Positions 38,067-48,785 are shown, counted from the first letter of the stretch. The stretch is DNA of 64,000 nt from an uncultured Gemmatimonadota bacterium (GCA_913043255.1 CAJWLK010000011.1:11170-75169), one strand, 5' to 3'. Notes: a model not told the origin generated them from the letters alone. Program-made: numbers and translations.

Positions 38067-38864
38067 TTAGTTGAGTCTTCGAATCCGGATGTTCCGATAC
38101 CAGACTGGATCGCCATGGTCCTGGAGCCCGATGTGCCCCTCGTGGTGTATTCCGTAGTCGGGCCAGTCAGCAAACTTGCTTTTGGCGACAAGCTGTCTCC
38201 ACTCAGGGGATCCAAGTTTGTACTCGACAACATTCAGGCCGTTCAACCAATATTCGACGTAGTCTCCTTGACGCGTGATGCGCGTTTGATTCCAGTGGCC
38301 AGCCGGCCGTGTAGTATTCACCGATGGCGCGTTCAATCCGTAGTTAGATCCCGCTGACGTTAGTGGGTTTTTCCCATCAGCATGCCCATCGTTATCGAGC
38401 ACCTGCATCTCTGGCCCAGACTCGTATGGTGGTCCGTTGTTTTCGACAATGCCGAAGAAAATTCCGCTATTCCCTGCCGAATTCACCTTCCACTCGAGTC
38501 GAAGATCAAAATCAGTGTAAGTCTCCCGTGTGATAAGGTCACCGCAAACGTAAGGTGGGTCTTGGGGCTCCCCTTCCACATCTGGTGCAAAAGCGATTGT
38601 GCCTCCTGTTGCCGTCCACCCGGCCGGAACTCGATCGCAACCGTACCCTCTCCAACGATGCAATGATGCTCCGTCAAAAAGTAGTTCAAATCCTTCGGCG
38701 GTTTCTTCTTCAGTTAGCTGGTTGGGAGGTGTCATGATGGTCAACGGATCGTGTAACTCGATCTCCGGAGTGTTGTCCGGGTCGCTGCTTGCTCCGGCAC
38801 AACCGAGCACTAGTAGAACGGCGAATAAAGAGAGGGTTGTTTTTGGATTCTCTTTGATCAACAT
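38067..38864 (-). CDS. DUF1080-family lipoprotein (3-keto-disaccharide hydrolase-like, concanavalin-like fold)
   Basis: Lipobox VLGCAG. LLFDGASLHRWRGYG...WTATGGTI...DFDLRLEWKVNSAGNSGIFF...VWYRNIRIRRL matches DUF1080, including the C-terminal FRNIRI-type motif. Confidence 0.75.
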   Translation of the reverse strand: MLIKENPKTTLSLFAVLLVLGCAGASSDPDNTPEIELHDPLTIMTPPNQLTEEETAEGFELLFDGASLHRWRGYGCDRVPAGWTATGGTIAFAPDVEGEPQDPPYVCGDLITRETYTDFDLRLEWKVNSAGNSGIFFGIVENNGPPYESGPEMQVLDNDGHADGKNPLTSAGSNYGLNAPSVNTTRPAGHWNQTRITRQGDYVEYWLNGLNVVEYKLGSPEWRQLVAKSKFADWPDYGIHHEGHIGLQDHGDPVWYRNIRIRRLN

Positions 38865-38914
38865 CCAAGGCTCCGCCTGCAGAGTGAAGTGGGCGTGTAT
38901 GAGCTAAGATACCG

Positions 38915-40153
38915 CTACCGACGACCTCCGGCGATCCGTTGTGACTCGGGTCTTCTCCGTAGGGCAAGCATGCTCCACGTGCCGACCGCAGGTCCTATTA
39001 CGAGCGGGGCAAAAGCCCACTCCCACCCCCAGGCTGACTCCCATACGGGGAGAAGCCGAATCGTCACAACCGTGATAAGGAAACCGACTGCGGTTTGAAG
39101 TGTCAGGGCGGTGCCTACGTATTCGGGTTCCCCGAGTTCGCTGATGCACGTTGAGAACTGTGCGGAGTCAGCAACCACGGCAAATCCCCATATGAGACAA
39201 ACAACCACGACTAGCCACGTAGGTCCGCCAAACAAAAAACCAATCATAATGCAACATGCACCGCTCACGATCATACTTACGATGGTTATCAGAGTTCTCC
39301 CAATTCGGTCGGCAAGCACTCCAGCTGCGGTTGAACCGAGTCCTCCTATGGCAATGGTTAAAAACGCCAGATAGGAGGCCGTTTCCTGGGTCGTTGCCGC
39401 ACTTTGATCAGCAGCGAAACTGGCGGCCAGAAAGGCGGGCACCCAGGTCCAAACGGCATACAGCTCCCACATGTGCCCGAAGTAGCCGCCGTTGGCGAGC
39501 ATGGTCGCCCGGTCCCCAAGGATCCGGCGCACTGCACGTGGATCGAATGCTGCGGCCGGCGTTTGGTGTGGACCCGTGCGCAGTCCCAGTCTCGCAATCG
39601 TGGCTCCGATCAGAGCTAGCACCGCAGCCGCATAGAGGAGCATCTGCCACGAACCTGCCACACCCAGAGGCCGGAGGACGTGGGGCGTGGCACTCCCAAT
39701 CGCAAGCGCCCCGATCATCACTCCCATTGCCATCCCGCGACCGTCCTTAAACCATCCGGCCATGATCTTCATTCCGGGCGGATAGACGCCGGCTAGGGCG
39801 AGGCCGGTCACGAACCGTAAGGGAACAGCTAGTGCCATTCCATCTGCGAATGCAGGGATCGCGGCAGTAGCAGTTGCTCCCAGTACTGCTGAACCAGCAA
39901 TTAATCGTCGTGGATCCCACACATCAGAAAGTGTCAGTGCGGCCGAAATAAAGGCGCCGGTAACGAATCCAATTTGAACTGACATCGTAAGCCATGCGGC
40001 ATCGCTGTCAGTCAATTCCCAGACGTCACGCAGTTCAGGAACAACTGCACTTGCCGAAAACCAGAGAGCCATGGTGAAAAGCTCTGCCGTGGCTAACAAC
40101 GCGAGTTGTTGATACCTGTTCTCAGAATCAGAAGGTGACGGCGCGGTATTCAT
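38915..40153 (-). CDS. MFS transporter
   Basis: 12 TM helices. MFS-type motifs between TM2/3 and TM8/9 (GVLADRIGR). Confidence 0.7.
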   Translation of the reverse strand: MNTAPSPSDSENRYQQLALLATAELFTMALWFSASAVVPELRDVWELTDSDAAWLTMSVQIGFVTGAFISAALTLSDVWDPRRLIAGSAVLGATATAAIPAFADGMALAVPLRFVTGLALAGVYPPGMKIMAGWFKDGRGMAMGVMIGALAIGSATPHVLRPLGVAGSWQMLLYAAAVLALIGATIARLGLRTGPHQTPAAAFDPRAVRRILGDRATMLANGGYFGHMWELYAVWTWVPAFLAASFAADQSAATTQETASYLAFLTIAIGGLGSTAAGVLADRIGRTLITIVSMIVSGACCIMIGFLFGGPTWLVVVVCLIWGFAVVADSAQFSTCISELGEPEYVGTALTLQTAVGFLITVVTIRLLPVWESAWGWEWAFAPLVIGPAVGTWSMLALRRRPESQRIAGGRR

Positions 40154-40231
40154 GAGGTCAGAGCAATATAGTTAGATTCGCCGTATCCAGAAGCGAATTA
40201 GGCTTTGCGGTAGAACTGATGTGGAAACTGA

Positions 40232-42217
40232 CTATCCTTCGCTATTTGCATACTGTTCTTGGAGCCCTTGGACGACGGCTGGGTCAGCCAGCGTCGTTGT
40301 GTCCCCCAGTGCACGACCCTCGGCTACGTCTCGGAGTAAACGCCGCATGATCTTTCCACTTCTGGTCTTTGGTAGTTCGGCTGCGAAGATAAGATCAGCT
40401 GGCTTAGCAATGGCGCCAATTTGCTTGGTCACGTGGTCACGCAACTCCTCGCGCAGTTGATCCGATGTGTCCGTCCCATCAATCACGCTCACGAACGCGG
40501 AAACGGCCTGCCCTTTGATTTCGTCATTTCGTCCAACCACTGCAGCTTCGGCTACCGCTTCGTGGTCAACGAGTGCGGACTCGACCTCCATGGTCCCAAT
40601 CCGATGTCCTGCCACGTTCAAAACGTCATCGACGCGGCCCATGATCCAGATGTAGCCATCTTCATCAACGCGAGCCCCATCTCCTGGGAAGTAAATGTCA
40701 GGCCACTTGGACCAGTACGTATCTCGGTAGCGCTGCTCGTCACCCCAAATACCGCGTAACATCGATGGCCACGGTGACGTGATGGCAAGATATCCGCTCT
40801 CGGCAGAGTTTCCTTCTTCGTCAAGGATTGTTGCCTCAATGCCGGGGAACGGTACTGTTGCTGTTCCGGGTTTCGTCGTGATTACACCAGGAAGCGGGGT
40901 GATCATTATCCCGCCGGTTTCAGTTTGCCACCATGTGTCTACGATTGGGCAGTCACCACCCCCAATATGTTGATTATACCAGATCCAAGCTTCTGGATTG
41001 ATGGGCTCTCCTACTGTTCCGAGTAGCCGGATCTTTGACAGGTCATACTTGGCGGGCCACTTGTCACCCCACTTCATGAATGCTCGAATGGCAGTCGGTG
41101 CTGTGTAGAAGATCGTGACGTTGTAGTTGTCGCAAATGTTCCAGAAACGACCACGGTCAGGCCAATTCGGCGCTCCTTCGTACATGAGTATGGTTGCGCC
41201 GTTGGCTAACGGTCCGTACACGATATAGGAATGTCCGGTTACCCATCCTACATCTGCAGTACACCAATAGACGTCATCTTCTTTGAGGTCGAATACCCAC
41301 TCGCAGGTTGCACTGACTTGAGTCAGGTATCCTCCGGTTGTGTGCATGACGCCCTTGGGCTTTCCCGTGGTCCCCGAAGTATAGAGGATGTACAGCAGGT
41401 CCTCGGAATCCATGATTTCGGCTGGGCAGTTTTCTGAGGCCTGGTCAATGAGGTCATGATACCAATGATCTCGCTCAACTCTCATATTGCAGGTCGGAAT
41501 TTCGACTAAGGCCCCATGGGTCGCATTTTTTGGATTAGATGCCGCCGTTCGCTGTACGACGACGACTTTTGTCACATAATCCAACCCCTCAATCGCAGCG
41601 TCAGTGTTTTGCTTTAGTGGTACAATTTCACCTCGCCGGTATCCGCCGTCGGCCGTTATCACGCACTTTGCATTGGCGTCCTCAATCCGATCGCGTAGTG
41701 ACTGTGGCGAAAATCCGCCGAATACAACCGAGTGAGGGGCACCTAGCCGCGCACAAGCGAGCATGGCGATCGCTGCTTCCGGGATCATGGGGAGGTAGAT
41801 CGCTACTCTGTCGCCCTTCTCAACCCCGAGTCCCTTGAGCGCGTTTGCGAACTTGCAGACCTCTGTATGGAGTTGGCGGTAAGTAAACGATCGGACGTCC
41901 CCTGGCTCACCTTCCCACAGTAGTGCCGTCTTGGATCCTCGCGTTTCAAGGTGGCGATCTAGGCAGTTGTGGGCGGCGTTCAACTTCCCACCTACGAACC
42001 ATTTCGAGAATGGCGAATCCCATGTCAGCACCTCGTCCCATGGCTCAAACCAATCAAGTTTCTGTGCCAAGCGCTCCCAATAGGATTGTCGGTCTAGGGT
42101 GGCTGTTTCATAGGGCGACTGGTCGTTCACGTGTGCAGTCGTCGCAAATTCGGCAGTTGGCGCGAAGGTGCGTTTTTCATCGAGGAGGACGTCAATTTCT
42201 CGGTGCGGTTCTGTCAT
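40232..42217 (-). CDS. acs: acetyl-CoA synthetase (acetate--CoA ligase)
   Basis: The AMP-binding motif [20 protein letters not shown] and the C-terminal [16 protein letters not shown] are present. Length 661 aa. Confidence 0.9.
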   Translation of the reverse strand: MTEPHREIDVLLDEKRTFAPTAEFATTAHVNDQSPYETATLDRQSYWERLAQKLDWFEPWDEVLTWDSPFSKWFVGGKLNAAHNCLDRHLETRGSKTALLWEGEPGDVRSFTYRQLHTEVCKFANALKGLGVEKGDRVAIYLPMIPEAAIAMLACARLGAPHSVVFGGFSPQSLRDRIEDANAKCVITADGGYRRGEIVPLKQNTDAAIEGLDYVTKVVVVQRTAASNPKNATHGALVEIPTCNMRVERDHWYHDLIDQASENCPAEIMDSEDLLYILYTSGTTGKPKGVMHTTGGYLTQVSATCEWVFDLKEDDVYWCTADVGWVTGHSYIVYGPLANGATILMYEGAPNWPDRGRFWNICDNYNVTIFYTAPTAIRAFMKWGDKWPAKYDLSKIRLLGTVGEPINPEAWIWYNQHIGGGDCPIVDTWWQTETGGIMITPLPGVITTKPGTATVPFPGIEATILDEEGNSAESGYLAITSPWPSMLRGIWGDEQRYRDTYWSKWPDIYFPGDGARVDEDGYIWIMGRVDDVLNVAGHRIGTMEVESALVDHEAVAEAAVVGRNDEIKGQAVSAFVSVIDGTDTSDQLREELRDHVTKQIGAIAKPADLIFAAELPKTRSGKIMRRLLRDVAEGRALGDTTTLADPAVVQGLQEQYANSEG

Positions 42218-42394
42218 AGGTTATCGCTCAAAATCATACAAGGGAGTGAAGCAGTGGCTTGTCAGAGTTCCACCAGGGTCGCCATTTAGCGGTTCGTGAG
42301 AGTTTAACATTAGAAGACGTGCGCAGACGAACGCAAGCAGTCCGCATGCGTCGAAGAGAACCGACTGTGGAAGGTATACAGACCTTAGTATTAT

Positions 42395-42414
42395 GGTTCA
42401 TGATCGTTATGAAC
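42395..42414. promoter_or_regulatory. candidate operator palindrome in the acs / 42445-ORF divergent intergenic region
   Basis: GGTTCATGATCGTTATGAAC has arms GTTCAT/ATGAAC. A TGATCG direct repeat lies adjacent. Confidence 0.2.
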
Positions 42415-42444
42415 TGATCGGTTGTCGATAAAGATGGGAGATAG

Positions 42445-42714
42445 ATGAGCGACGGGACCCTCCTTCTGATTCTTGTTGTCCCTGCATTTCTAGCCTTCGC
42501 GTTTGGCATTTGGGCCGGGCTCGGGTATCCGGGCATGTACGACAAAGACGCCAAGACTGGGAAAGCCCCCCGTGAGTCACCGCTCACGTGGCTGTTGCGT
42601 GGTGGTCGGCGACCGCTCACCAGCGAGATGAAAGATGAGGAAGACGAAGAGGACTTGGAAGTTCAGGATTCGAATCGGCTTAGTTTTGATCGTGGAAGAC
42701 GCTTCCGGCGGTGA
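42445..42714 (+). CDS. small membrane protein with acidic C-terminal tail (hypothetical)
   Basis: Single N-terminal TM helix LLLILVVPAFLAFAFGIWAGL, then a charged tail (EEDEEDLEVQD). It ends 15 nt before the CDF gene. Confidence 0.3.
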   Translation: MSDGTLLLILVVPAFLAFAFGIWAGLGYPGMYDKDAKTGKAPRESPLTWLLRGGRRPLTSEMKDEEDEEDLEVQDSNRLSFDRGRRFRR

Positions 42715-42729
42715 ACATTCACAAACAAC

Positions 42730-43638
42730 ATGAGCCCTAATCTCCCCGAGTGGCCTCTGACTGCTGAACGCCACCGTGAAGTACGTCGCGTTTTGGTATG
42801 GGTACTGATCGCGAATCTACTAGTGATTGTTGCCAAGCTATTTGTGGGACTTCGCTCTGGCTCTATTGCGGTTTTCGGAGATGCCGCACACTCGGGAATT
42901 GATGCAGTCAATAACCTCGTCGGGCTTTTTGCAATGCGATTGGTTGCGGCACCCCCGGATGAGCAACATCCCTACGGACACGGGAAATTTGAAACGCTCG
43001 CAGCACTAGGAGTAGCTGGATTCTTGTCGGTCACCTGTTTCGAACTAATCCAGGGAGCAATTACTAGGCTAGTGCAGGGTGGAAGTGCTCCGAGCATCGA
43101 CCCGCTAATGATCACAGTGCTCGCCGGGGCAATGTTAGTGAACGGGGTTGTTGCTATAGGAGAGGCAAAAGCGGGACGGCGGCTATCAAGTGAAATTCTC
43201 TCGGCTGACGCTCGACACACCGCTTCCGACGTGTTCGTAACGGCTGGAGTGCTAGCAGGTCTCGTCGTGACCATGATATTTGAATGGGCCTGGGCGGATG
43301 CAATTCTAGCGTTACTTGTGGCGCTTGTGGTTGCTTGGTCGGGCTTTCAGATCCTTCGTGAAACGATCCCAGTCCTCGTTGACGAGCGCGCACTAGATCC
43401 CGTCGAAATCGAAAAGGTTGCCGGATCAATCAAAGGTGTTAAGGCGACAAGTCAAATCCGATCCCGGGGGAGACTAGGGGCTGGTTTCGCTGAACTGACC
43501 ATTCACGTAGGTCGAGAAGAGTCGGTGATCAGTGCACATGATATTGCTGATTCTGTTGAAAAACGGATTGCTATGGAAATGGGGTTTTCAAATGTGACGG
43601 TGCATGTGGAGCCGGAACTCGAACCGTTTAAATTTTAG
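42730..43638 (+). CDS. cation diffusion facilitator (CDF) family divalent-metal efflux transporter
   Basis: The metal-site motifs HSGIDAVNN (TM2) and HTASDVFVTAGVLAGL (TM5) are present. A C-terminal cytoplasmic domain follows. Confidence 0.85.
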   Translation: MSPNLPEWPLTAERHREVRRVLVWVLIANLLVIVAKLFVGLRSGSIAVFGDAAHSGIDAVNNLVGLFAMRLVAAPPDEQHPYGHGKFETLAALGVAGFLSVTCFELIQGAITRLVQGGSAPSIDPLMITVLAGAMLVNGVVAIGEAKAGRRLSSEILSADARHTASDVFVTAGVLAGLVVTMIFEWAWADAILALLVALVVAWSGFQILRETIPVLVDERALDPVEIEKVAGSIKGVKATSQIRSRGRLGAGFAELTIHVGREESVISAHDIADSVEKRIAMEMGFSNVTVHVEPELEPFKF

Positions 43639-43664
43639 ATCCATTAAACAGTGACACCCCCAAT

Positions 43665-44438
43665 CTATTCTGCTGTGACGGCGTTCTTGTTTTTGCTGGG
43701 TGGGATTGATTCGAAAGACCACTCGCAATGATCCCCGAGGCGGGCTTCACAAGTTGTATGCTTAACCTTTGAGTCTCCCGCTCGATAGTCCGCAAAGACC
43801 TGTCGAATCATACCATTAATAACGGAGCACCCTGTACCGCCTTCGGCTGCAGTCGCTGAAAGGCTGTGTTGAACTATTAGCGTGTGTACCTTTCGTTCAA
43901 TCCTTATAGTGGCGCCCGGACTGATCCTTCGAGTGACTCTTCGGACTCTATTCCATGCGAGATAAGACCGAATACGCTGGGGCGTGATTCTCACAATTAG
44001 TTTGGATAACAGGTGACGTCCAGAGTAATCTTCTAGTGCAATACGCTGGCCAGCATCCTCGAAAATTTGACTGGCATCAACTCGACGGCCTATGAGTTCA
44101 AATAAGCTTGCTACTTCGGTCGCACTAACGTTGCTCTTGCGCTGTTCGTAACGACGGATTTGATCGATAACGACTGTGGATAGACCTAATCGCCGTCGCA
44201 AGTTGAGCGGAAGATCTGATTCTGCAAGCGCTTCTGGGTCGGCAGGTGTGTCAAGTTCGCGGAGCGATGCTAGGAGAGCGACGGCAACGCCCACAGGGAC
44301 ACTTCCCGAGAACGAGGTGTGCTCTGACATAGGCGGGCACGGTATGGCGAATGCCGTGGGAGAGCAAGCAATGTGCCCAATAAACTGACATAAGTGGTCG
44401 AACAAGGCGATTTTGCTTTCATCCCACCATAAACTCAC
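43665..44438 (-). CDS. V4R (4-vinyl reductase-like) domain protein
   Basis: C-terminal GGTGCSVINGMIRQVFADY...HTTCEARLGDHCEWSF matches the V4R hydrocarbon/ligand-binding domain with its conserved Cys pattern. The start is probably an internal Met. Confidence 0.5.
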   Translation of the reverse strand: MSLWWDESKIALFDHLCQFIGHIACSPTAFAIPCPPMSEHTSFSGSVPVGVAVALLASLRELDTPADPEALAESDLPLNLRRRLGLSTVVIDQIRRYEQRKSNVSATEVASLFELIGRRVDASQIFEDAGQRIALEDYSGRHLLSKLIVRITPQRIRSYLAWNRVRRVTRRISPGATIRIERKVHTLIVQHSLSATAAEGGTGCSVINGMIRQVFADYRAGDSKVKHTTCEARLGDHCEWSFESIPPSKNKNAVTAE

Positions 44439-44595
44439 CCTTGCATTGCTTTGGCTCGAGTAAGATCCTCCACAGTAGCATGATAGTAGAGATAGCGGTC
44501 CTCATTATAGGGCTACAGTATGTGAACGGTTCCCCCCTACAGGATAAAACCAGAGAAGGGGGCAAGTCTCGGTTAAGCCACAACCAGGAGGCGCA

Positions 44596-45006
44596 GTGAA
44601 GGCACCCGACGGATGTAAGAGTACAACACATGCAGCACTTCGGATTGTCACCGGACTCATGTTTTGGCAGCATGGCGCACAAAAACTGTTTGGGTGGCTA
44701 GGTGGGACGGGGGTAGGTGGGTTCACAGGTTGGTTCACGTGGCCCGTGGGGATTGCTGGAATTTTAGAATTCTTCGGAGGCATCTTGATTTTGATCGGGT
44801 TCAAGACTCGCTCCGTGGCCTTCATCCTCGCCGGGCAAATGGCAGTAGCCTTTTGGTGGCGTCACTTTCCTGATGGATTTTGGCCGATTCAGAATCGTGG
44901 AGAGGCATCCGTTCTTTTCTGTTTCCTATTTCTTTTCCTATGGACGGCTGGAGCAGGGAAGTGGAGCCTCGACGACATGATGGATCGAGGATCTAGTACA
45001 GAGTAA
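44596..45006 (+). CDS. DoxX-family membrane protein
   Basis: GTG start preceded by AGGAGG. LRIVTGLMFWQHGAQKLFGW is the DoxX signature. 3-4 TM helices. Confidence 0.7.
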   Translation: MKAPDGCKSTTHAALRIVTGLMFWQHGAQKLFGWLGGTGVGGFTGWFTWPVGIAGILEFFGGILILIGFKTRSVAFILAGQMAVAFWWRHFPDGFWPIQNRGEASVLFCFLFLFLWTAGAGKWSLDDMMDRGSSTE

Positions 45007-45122
45007 CAATCGCGAACACCGATAGGATTTAGCCGAGCTTGCCGCTCGGCCCTACCCTTATTGGTTACCCGGGCCGACTCTTTAAGTTGTTTCGGTCGAA
45101 AGCTGTCGCCATCTTCTCGGAA

Positions 45123-45150
45123 GCGGCGGGACCCATGGGGCCCCGCCGCC
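45123..45150 (+). promoter_or_regulatory. GC-rich stem-loop in leuS 5' leader
   Basis: GCGGCGGGACCCATGGGGCCCCGCCGC is a near-perfect palindrome about 25 nt upstream of the leuS ATG at 45176. Confidence 0.25.
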
Positions 45151-45175
45151 TCGCGTATACGCCTGGGGCCGATTA

Positions 45176-47662
45176 ATGACGGAATACACGACTTACGACC
45201 CAAGTAAGGTCGAAAAGAAGTGGCAAACATTTTGGGAGGAGAACGGGACGAACGAGCCCGACTTGGACGCATCTGAGCGCCCGTTCTTCAATCTAATGAT
45301 GTATCCGTACCCGTCCGCCGAAGGTTTGCACGTGGGGAACCTGTACGCTTTTACAGGAGCGGACATCTATGGACGGTTCCGTCGGCTTCAAGGCGACGAT
45401 GTGTTTGAGCCGATCGGATATGATGCATTTGGGATCCATTCCGAAAATTATGCGCTCAAGGTCGATACGCATCCGTTGGAACTCATCCCATCTAACATTG
45501 CAAATTTTGAGCGGATGCTCCGGGCAGCAGGTCTAATGACCGATTGGTCTCGTACCGTTGATACGACTGATCCTACTTATTATAAGTGGACGCAGTGGTT
45601 ATTTGTGCAGTTATTCAAGGCGGGGTTAGCCGAAAAAAAAGAAGCTCCCGTCAACTGGTGCCCGTCCTGCCAGACTGTACTGGCAAATGAGCAAGTGATT
45701 GGCGGTCTTTGTGAACGGTGTGACACGCCGGTCGAACAACAGCAGTTGAGCCAATGGTTTTTTAAGATCACAGACTATGCTCAACGCCTGCTAGACAACC
45801 TGGATTGGATCGACTGGTCTGAGACCACCAAGACTGCCCAGAGAAACTGGATTGGGCGATCCGAAGGGGCTCAGATCCGGTTTCCACTAAGAGCTGAATC
45901 CGAAGAAGACGAGATCGTGATTGAGGCATTCACGACGCGACCGGACACGATTTTCGGCGCTACGTTTATGGTACTGGCCCCTGAACACCCGCTCGTTCCG
46001 CTAATCGTCACCGATAGCCACCGCGCCGAAGTTAAGGCGTACTGTGAAACCACTGCAACGATTGATCTTGTCAAACGTCAGAAGATGGACGACCAGAAGA
46101 AGACTGGAGTGTTTACCGGAGCGTATGCGCGCAATCCGGCTAGCAACGAAGACATGCCGGTTTGGATTGCTGACTACGTTCTCATGGGATACGGGACGGG
46201 CGCAATCATGGCCGTTCCCGGCCATGACCAGCGCGATTTTGAATTTGCGATGGAGTATGATTTGCGCATTGCTCCGGTTGTGTGTTCACAAGCTATGCTA
46301 TCTGACAGTAGTGATCCGGCAAGCGTCGAACTGAGTTTGACCGAAGGGGCGTTTGTCGATTGTACCTCTGAAGAAATCCTCATCAATTCTGATCGTTTCA
46401 GTGGACTGAAAGCCGATGAGGGTGGGCGAGCCATAGTAGACTGGTTGGCCGAGTCGGGGTTTGCGCAGTCCGAGGTCAATTTTCGACTTCATGATTGGTG
46501 TATCTCGAGACAGCGTTACTGGGGACCACCCATTCCCATTATCTACTGTGATGAGTGTGGCCCTCAAGCGGTACCGGAAAAAGATCTTCCAGTCAGGCTG
46601 CCGTACGTCGAAGATTTCCGTCCTACAGCAACGGGTGTGAGTCCGCTCGCGCGAGTCCAGGAGTTCTATAGAACGACCTGTCCTGAGTGTGGTGGCGAAG
46701 CGCATCGTGAAACCGATGTGTCCGACACCTTCCTGGATTCAGGTTGGTACTTCCTTCGGTACCCTTCGACCGATTTTGATGATCGTCCGTTCGACCCAGC
46801 GCGGACTCGGAAGTGGTGGCCGGTCCACAGCTACATTGGTGGCGAAGAGCACTCGGTGCTCCACCTACTCTACTCGCGCTTCCTGACGATGGTGCTGCAT
46901 GATCTGGGACACTTGGAGTCTGAAGAGCCGTATCACCGTTTTCGGAAGCATGGGCTCTTGATAAGAGAAGGCGCCAAGATCTCAAAATCGCGCGGAAATG
47001 TGATTTTGCCAGACGAATATATGACAACATTCGGGGCGGATACGTTTCGTATGTATCTCATGTTTTTGGGTCCTTTTCAGGCAGGGGGTGATTTTCGCGA
47101 TGGTGGACTAGCTGGACCACAACGCTTCATGCACAAACTCTGGGATAGCGTCGTAAAAGCTGTAACGGCGGGGCGTTCAGGATTTGATGATGAAGAAGTG
47201 GAACGGGCGCTTCATGCCACGATAAAGAAGGTCACCGAAGATCTTGAAGGCCTCGATTATAACACTGCCATTGCCGCTATGATGGACTATCTGAATGTGC
47301 TCCGGGCAGATGGTCGCACTGCTTCCCTCGATGAGGTTCGCCCACTCGTTATCTTGTTGGCACCGGTCGCACCACATATTTCCGAAGAGTTCTGGGCGAG
47401 GCTAGGTGGCGAGTCCAGCATTTTTGATTATGCAGTTTGGCCAGCTTATGACCCGGCCAAACTGCTTACTGACGTGTTGCATCTCCCGGTACAGGTCAAT
47501 GGTAAACTTCGTGCGACGATACAGGTGGTCGTTGGCGCATCTCAGGAGGTAGTGAAGGAGATTGCTTTGACGGAAGAAAACGTAACCCGCCATTTGGCCG
47601 GTGGTGACATTCGGAAGATTATTTTCGTACAGGACCGGATGATCAATTTCGTAGTGGGCTGA
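45176..47662 (+). CDS. leuS: leucine--tRNA ligase
   Basis: The HIGH region is PYPSAEGLHVGNLYAF. The KMSKS region is KISKSRGN. The CP1 editing region and 828-aa length fit the bacterial type. Confidence 0.95.
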   Translation: MTEYTTYDPSKVEKKWQTFWEENGTNEPDLDASERPFFNLMMYPYPSAEGLHVGNLYAFTGADIYGRFRRLQGDDVFEPIGYDAFGIHSENYALKVDTHPLELIPSNIANFERMLRAAGLMTDWSRTVDTTDPTYYKWTQWLFVQLFKAGLAEKKEAPVNWCPSCQTVLANEQVIGGLCERCDTPVEQQQLSQWFFKITDYAQRLLDNLDWIDWSETTKTAQRNWIGRSEGAQIRFPLRAESEEDEIVIEAFTTRPDTIFGATFMVLAPEHPLVPLIVTDSHRAEVKAYCETTATIDLVKRQKMDDQKKTGVFTGAYARNPASNEDMPVWIADYVLMGYGTGAIMAVPGHDQRDFEFAMEYDLRIAPVVCSQAMLSDSSDPASVELSLTEGAFVDCTSEEILINSDRFSGLKADEGGRAIVDWLAESGFAQSEVNFRLHDWCISRQRYWGPPIPIIYCDECGPQAVPEKDLPVRLPYVEDFRPTATGVSPLARVQEFYRTTCPECGGEAHRETDVSDTFLDSGWYFLRYPSTDFDDRPFDPARTRKWWPVHSYIGGEEHSVLHLLYSRFLTMVLHDLGHLESEEPYHRFRKHGLLIREGAKISKSRGNVILPDEYMTTFGADTFRMYLMFLGPFQAGGDFRDGGLAGPQRFMHKLWDSVVKAVTAGRSGFDDEEVERALHATIKKVTEDLEGLDYNTAIAAMMDYLNVLRADGRTASLDEVRPLVILLAPVAPHISEEFWARLGGESSIFDYAVWPAYDPAKLLTDVLHLPVQVNGKLRATIQVVVGASQEVVKEIALTEENVTRHLAGGDIRKIIFVQDRMINFVVG

Positions 47663-47717
47663 TTTAGTTTTGCCTGAAAATTCGCAAAAACGTGCTGTCG
47701 TTCCCCACAGATCCAGT

Positions 47718-48785
47718 ATGGACTGGCCAATCAAGCTCAAGTGGTTAGGACGAACTGGATTCGTTCTGTTTGCACTCGTATGGGTTGGTTGTTCTCCTAC
47801 GTATGTGCTTCAGGCCGGTTGGGAAGAAGCACGCATACTGTCCGCACGACGCCCGATTAGAGCTATGGTTCACGATACTACCGTGACAAAGCTTACTCGT
47901 GATAAGCTTCGGCTTGTACTCGACGTTCGCGACTTCGCAGAGCATGAGTTGGGTTTGCGAGCTGGTCGAAGCTATGAGACTTTTGCCCAACTGGACCGAG
48001 ACACCCTCGCCCTCAATGTGCTTGCGGCTCCAGAATTCGAACTCAAATGGAAAACGTGGTGGTTCCCGATAGTGGGCCATGTCCCATATAAAGGACATTT
48101 CAACTTCCAGGCAGCTTTTTCCGAGGCAAGAAAACTTGAGGAAGAAGGGTACGATGTGGTTGTGCAACCCGTGTCCGCGTTCTCTACGCTTGGTTGGTTT
48201 CCAGATCCGATTATGTCCACGACGCTGCGCCTCGACAGCCTGGCGCTCGTCGATACAATTATACACGAGATCACGCACAGCACATTCTTTCTAAAGGGTC
48301 AAGCTGATTTCAACGAGAGTTTTGCCACTTTTGTAGGGAATCGGGGCGCGATCGCCTTTTTCTGTGATGCAGTGCAAGATCCGACCACATGTGGGCGCGC
48401 TCGTCAACGATGGGAGGACACTCGACGCTTCGGACGGTTCTTCCACTCGGTACTCGAGCCTCTTAAGGCCGTGTACGAGTCGGACCTGTCAGACGATGAA
48501 AAACGACAAGGTAAACGCAAAGTCTTCGGGGATGCGGCTCGCCGATTCAATGATGATTATGAACTGTCAGGCCGCTATTCAGGGCGACGCCTTGATGCAG
48601 GGGTATTGAATAACGCTTGGATGATATCGCGCTTACTCTATTATACACGCCTCGACGAGTTTGAGAGTGTATACCAAAGCCACGAGAGTATTTTAAGGAC
48701 CTTACAAGTATTAATGCAGGAGGCGAGCCTGCGAGATCCGTGGGAAGCCTTGGGTCAGTTGGTAGGAGAGAGAACCGACCCGTGA
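47718..48785 (+). CDS. predicted zinc aminopeptidase lipoprotein (DUF2265/COG4324-like)
   Basis: Lipobox signal MDWPIKLKWLGRTGFVLFALVWVGCS. The HExxH motif is HEITH. Confidence 0.55.
   Translation: MDWPIKLKWLGRTGFVLFALVWVGCSPTYVLQAGWEEARILSARRPIRAMVHDTTVTKLTRDKLRLVLDVRDFAEHELGLRAGRSYETFAQLDRDTLALNVLAAPEFELKWKTWWFPIVGHVPYKGHFNFQAAFSEARKLEEEGYDVVVQPVSAFSTLGWFPDPIMSTTLRLDSLALVDTIIHEITHSTFFLKGQADFNESFATFVGNRGAIAFFCDAVQDPTTCGRARQRWEDTRRFGRFFHSVLEPLKAVYESDLSDDEKRQGKRKVFGDAARRFNDDYELSGRYSGRRLDAGVLNNAWMISRLLYYTRLDEFESVYQSHESILRTLQVLMQEASLRDPWEALGQLVGERTDP

Noticed and set aside
46174-48283. Several 100-177-aa minus-strand ORFs inside leuS and the aminopeptidase gene
   Set aside because: leuS HIGH/KMSKS motifs and the aminopeptidase HEITH define the plus strand as coding.
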